DNA of 64,000 nt, taken from positions 256,001 to 320,000 of the forward strand of contig CAWJKV010000002.1 in NCBI GenBank assembly GCA_963843555.1, given 5' to 3'. The notes under the pieces are model-generated. The model had not been told where the DNA came from, ran no database searches, and was given only the letters and a program-made list of their open reading frames with translations. Of this stretch, positions 61,784 through 64,000 are shown one piece after another (the first letter of the stretch is position 1; every line of letters begins with the position of its first letter). Source of the DNA: an uncultured Methanosarcinales archaeon (GTDB taxonomy: Archaea > Halobacteriota > Methanosarcinia > Methanotrichales > Methanotrichaceae). Both the position numbers and the translations under genes were made by a program.

Positions 61784-62240
61784 TCAGGTACATTTCTCAC
61801 CCTTTAATTTTATCCACTCGTTGTATAGTGCTTGGATCTGTCTATCCTTGATCATGAGGAGGGTCTTGATATCGGGGATCAAGAAGGTTATGCCGCCAAA
61901 TGTGAGCGGATCGCAATTGGGCGGTTTCCAGAAGTTGGTATTCATCGCCCATCCATATCTCTTTAATAAAGATCTGCAATGTGAACGATTTTAGAAATAT
62001 CCTCAGGAAATGAATATCATTGATCCCGGTGACAGACTCCATCCTTCCAAACATCCTGAGTACTGATACAATCCGATCGGCTTCTTCATATGAGCAACAG
62101 ATATCGATATCCCGAGTGGCATCCTTCAGGCCGTGCCATTGAAAAGCTGCACCCGCGAATAGGTACACGTTGGTTTTAGCCAGGACTTTCGAGCCAATGT
62201 AGGCCAGATCTGCCAAGAGCTGCGCCTTATTTTCGATCAT
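61784..62240 (-). CDS. Nucleotidyltransferase-like protein (DUF6036-type), frameshift near 61920
   Basis: YLFAGAAFQWHGLKDATRDIDI. The C-terminus ...LIPDIKTLLMIK...KCT* is in the next frame. Confidence 0.65.
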
Positions 62241-62399
62241 GATTCTCCCATGCCCTGAAGTTGCCTATATCGGGTGACTGCGGGTCATTCGCATACCATC
62301 ATTTTAAAACTCCTAGCCTTTCCCTCTGGCTATTGAAAGGGAATTAGCAGGGCCAATCCCACAATCCTTCCTCGTGCTCGGCTATGTCGTAATCGTTCT

Positions 62400-62516
62400 C
62401 TATTCTTTCTCATTTTGACAGCAGCTGTGCTTCTTTTTAATGAACCACAGGATAGCCAGCAGACCGATCACGAATAGCTTTATTTTTATCATCTTCTTTA
62501 CGAGTTTTAGCATCAT
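62400..62516 (-). CDS. Small single-TM protein (38 aa)
   Basis: GGTGA RBS; MMLKLVKKMIKIKLFVIGLLAILWFIKKKHSCCQNEKE*. Confidence 0.5.
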   Translation of the reverse strand: MMLKLVKKMIKIKLFVIGLLAILWFIKKKHSCCQNEKE

Positions 62517-63059
62517 CTATTTCACCTGGTGCTATTTAGAACTCAAACTTATTAAAGCCTACCGAGATAGAGCCTCAATTCGATAATGCCCTGCAGTCCC
62601 ATGCCGTTGGCAATCAGGATAACTCGGGTCCTGTAGCCCACCCTTTGAACCTTGTCTGAGACATAAGCAGTGAGCCGTTTTATTGTCTGCAATCTCAGAC
62701 CCATTTTGTATTTGGCTTATTTTATCATTTTTGCCGTGTTTCTGCTTGTTCTAATTCCAATTTTCTGAATCAGGGCGATTCAAAATCGCATAGCTATCAC
62801 TTTCGTGTTTCGTGTGCTCCTCGCATCCATTTCCAAGCGGCGGGATCGGGCAGATCAGCTGTTGCAAACCACTGCGTCATGCATCTTGTCCTCTTTTCAG
62901 AAGCAGCGGCCAGCATGATTCCCTCGATGCTGCGCTCCTCTGCGTTTGCAGGCGCCGCCCGTCCTTACACAATTCCTTTCAAAAAGTTATATATCTGAAG
63001 AGCATCCAATAAATACGTAAATCTTTAGAGCTTTTCAAATGGTAGAAGGAATGATTAGG

Positions 63060-64000
63060 ATGAAAAATTGGAAATTATTTTTAATTGCAATGCTGCTAAT
63101 ACTGACAGCAGGCATAACAGGTTGCGTGGAAAAAACGCCGCCGCAGACGCAGACGAATGTTGTCGAGATCAAGAATTTTTCATTTCAGCCCAGTTCGATC
63201 ACTGTATCTCAGGGAACAACGGTGACCTGGATAAACAATGATCCTGCGGAGCATACGGTGACCAGCTCAGACGGAATCTTCAGCTCGGGGAATATGGCCA
63301 CCGGTGGCATGTTCAATTTTACATTCTCAAAACCCGGAAAGTACCAGTACCAGTGCTTGATTCATCCCTCCATGGTGGGCTATGTAATAGTCGCATCAGG
63401 AAAGACAGATGCGGGGACGGTTAATGCCACTGCCCCGGCTCGGCAGGATGAAGAATGATGGTAGTAATATGACGAATCAAAGCGCGCCCGTGGTTGGGCT
63501 GAAATTGGTCGCGTCGGGCTTTGCCGCACCTATGGAATTTATCAGCTCCAAAGATGGGCGAATGTTCGTCGTCGACCAGATAGGACTTGTCAAGGTGATA
63601 ACGGCGGATGGAAAGCTGCAAGAGGAGCCTTTCCTGAATATTAGCGATCGCATGGTCAAACTTTCGCCCAGGTTACGATGAGCGCGGACTTCTGGGCCTG
63701 GCATTCCATCCTGATTTCGCCCGGAACGGTCGTGTCTTTGTGTTTTACAGCGCACCGCTGCGATCGGGAGCGCCGGAAGGCTGGAGCTGCACCAATAACC
63801 TCTCCGAGTTTCGCGTCTCGAAAGACAACCAGAACATGATTGACATGAACTCGGAGAAGGTTCTTCTCCAGATCGATAAGCCCCAAATGAACCACAACGG
63901 AGGGACCATCGCCTTCGGCCCGGATGGATATCTGTATTTGCCTTTGGGCGACGGCGGCGGCGCCAACGATGTAGCCATGGGACACGTATCCGGAGGCAAT
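63060..64000 (+). CDS. Lipoprotein cupredoxin fused (across frameshifts ~63445, ~63670) to a PQQ-type sugar dehydrogenase; runs off the window
   Basis: Signal peptide ..ITGC; EHTVT...YQCLIHPSM type-1 Cu ligands; then LKLVASGF..., ERGLLGLAFHPDF and NHNGGTIAFGPDGYLY. Confidence 0.8.

Noticed and set aside
1..64000. CRISPR array, rRNA, integrase/provirus, reverse transcriptase or DGR
   Set aside because: No regularly spaced repeat-spacer units, rRNA-like tracts, recombinase motifs or RT motifs were seen.

Overview
Archaeal chromosomal segment, most likely from a Methanothrix/Methanotrichaceae-type methanogen. This taxon call is an inference from aEF-1beta, DGGGP synthase, archaeal D-aminoacyl-tRNA deacylase, an MfnE-like kinase, split glutamate synthase and many PAS-rich hybrid kinases. 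Core genes: aroA, queE, ef1b, gltX, DGGGP synthase, dtdA, purB, glnA, tRNA-Gly(CCC) and tRNA-Ala(CGC). These are interleaved with accessory islets: toxin-antitoxin genes and debris, an IS1-family element with an 8-bp target duplication, a pentapeptide/TIR-like gene and an ABC-ATPase + TOPRIM-like pair. Main observations: (1) accessory cargo sits between decayed, diverged copies of the neighbouring core gene's end (three CHAT/DGGGP-synthase junctions at 16.1-20.8 kb; a purB 5' copy at 27.9-28.1 kb); (2) a glnA-gltB1/2/3-formate-dehydrogenase-like-ferredoxin cluster has a TTATGA-N5-TCATAA palindrome upstream of both glnA and the gltB genes; (3) NitT/TauT-type solute-binding proteins lack any permease and sit directly upstream of very large hybrid histidine kinases whose PAS linkers are conserved at the DNA level; (4) there are two soluble PQQ-type sugar dehydrogenase paralogues, one fused to a cupredoxin. 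Roughly 15 apparent frameshifts suggest uncorrected indel errors in the assembly, so split genes should not be read as true pseudogenes without checking reads.
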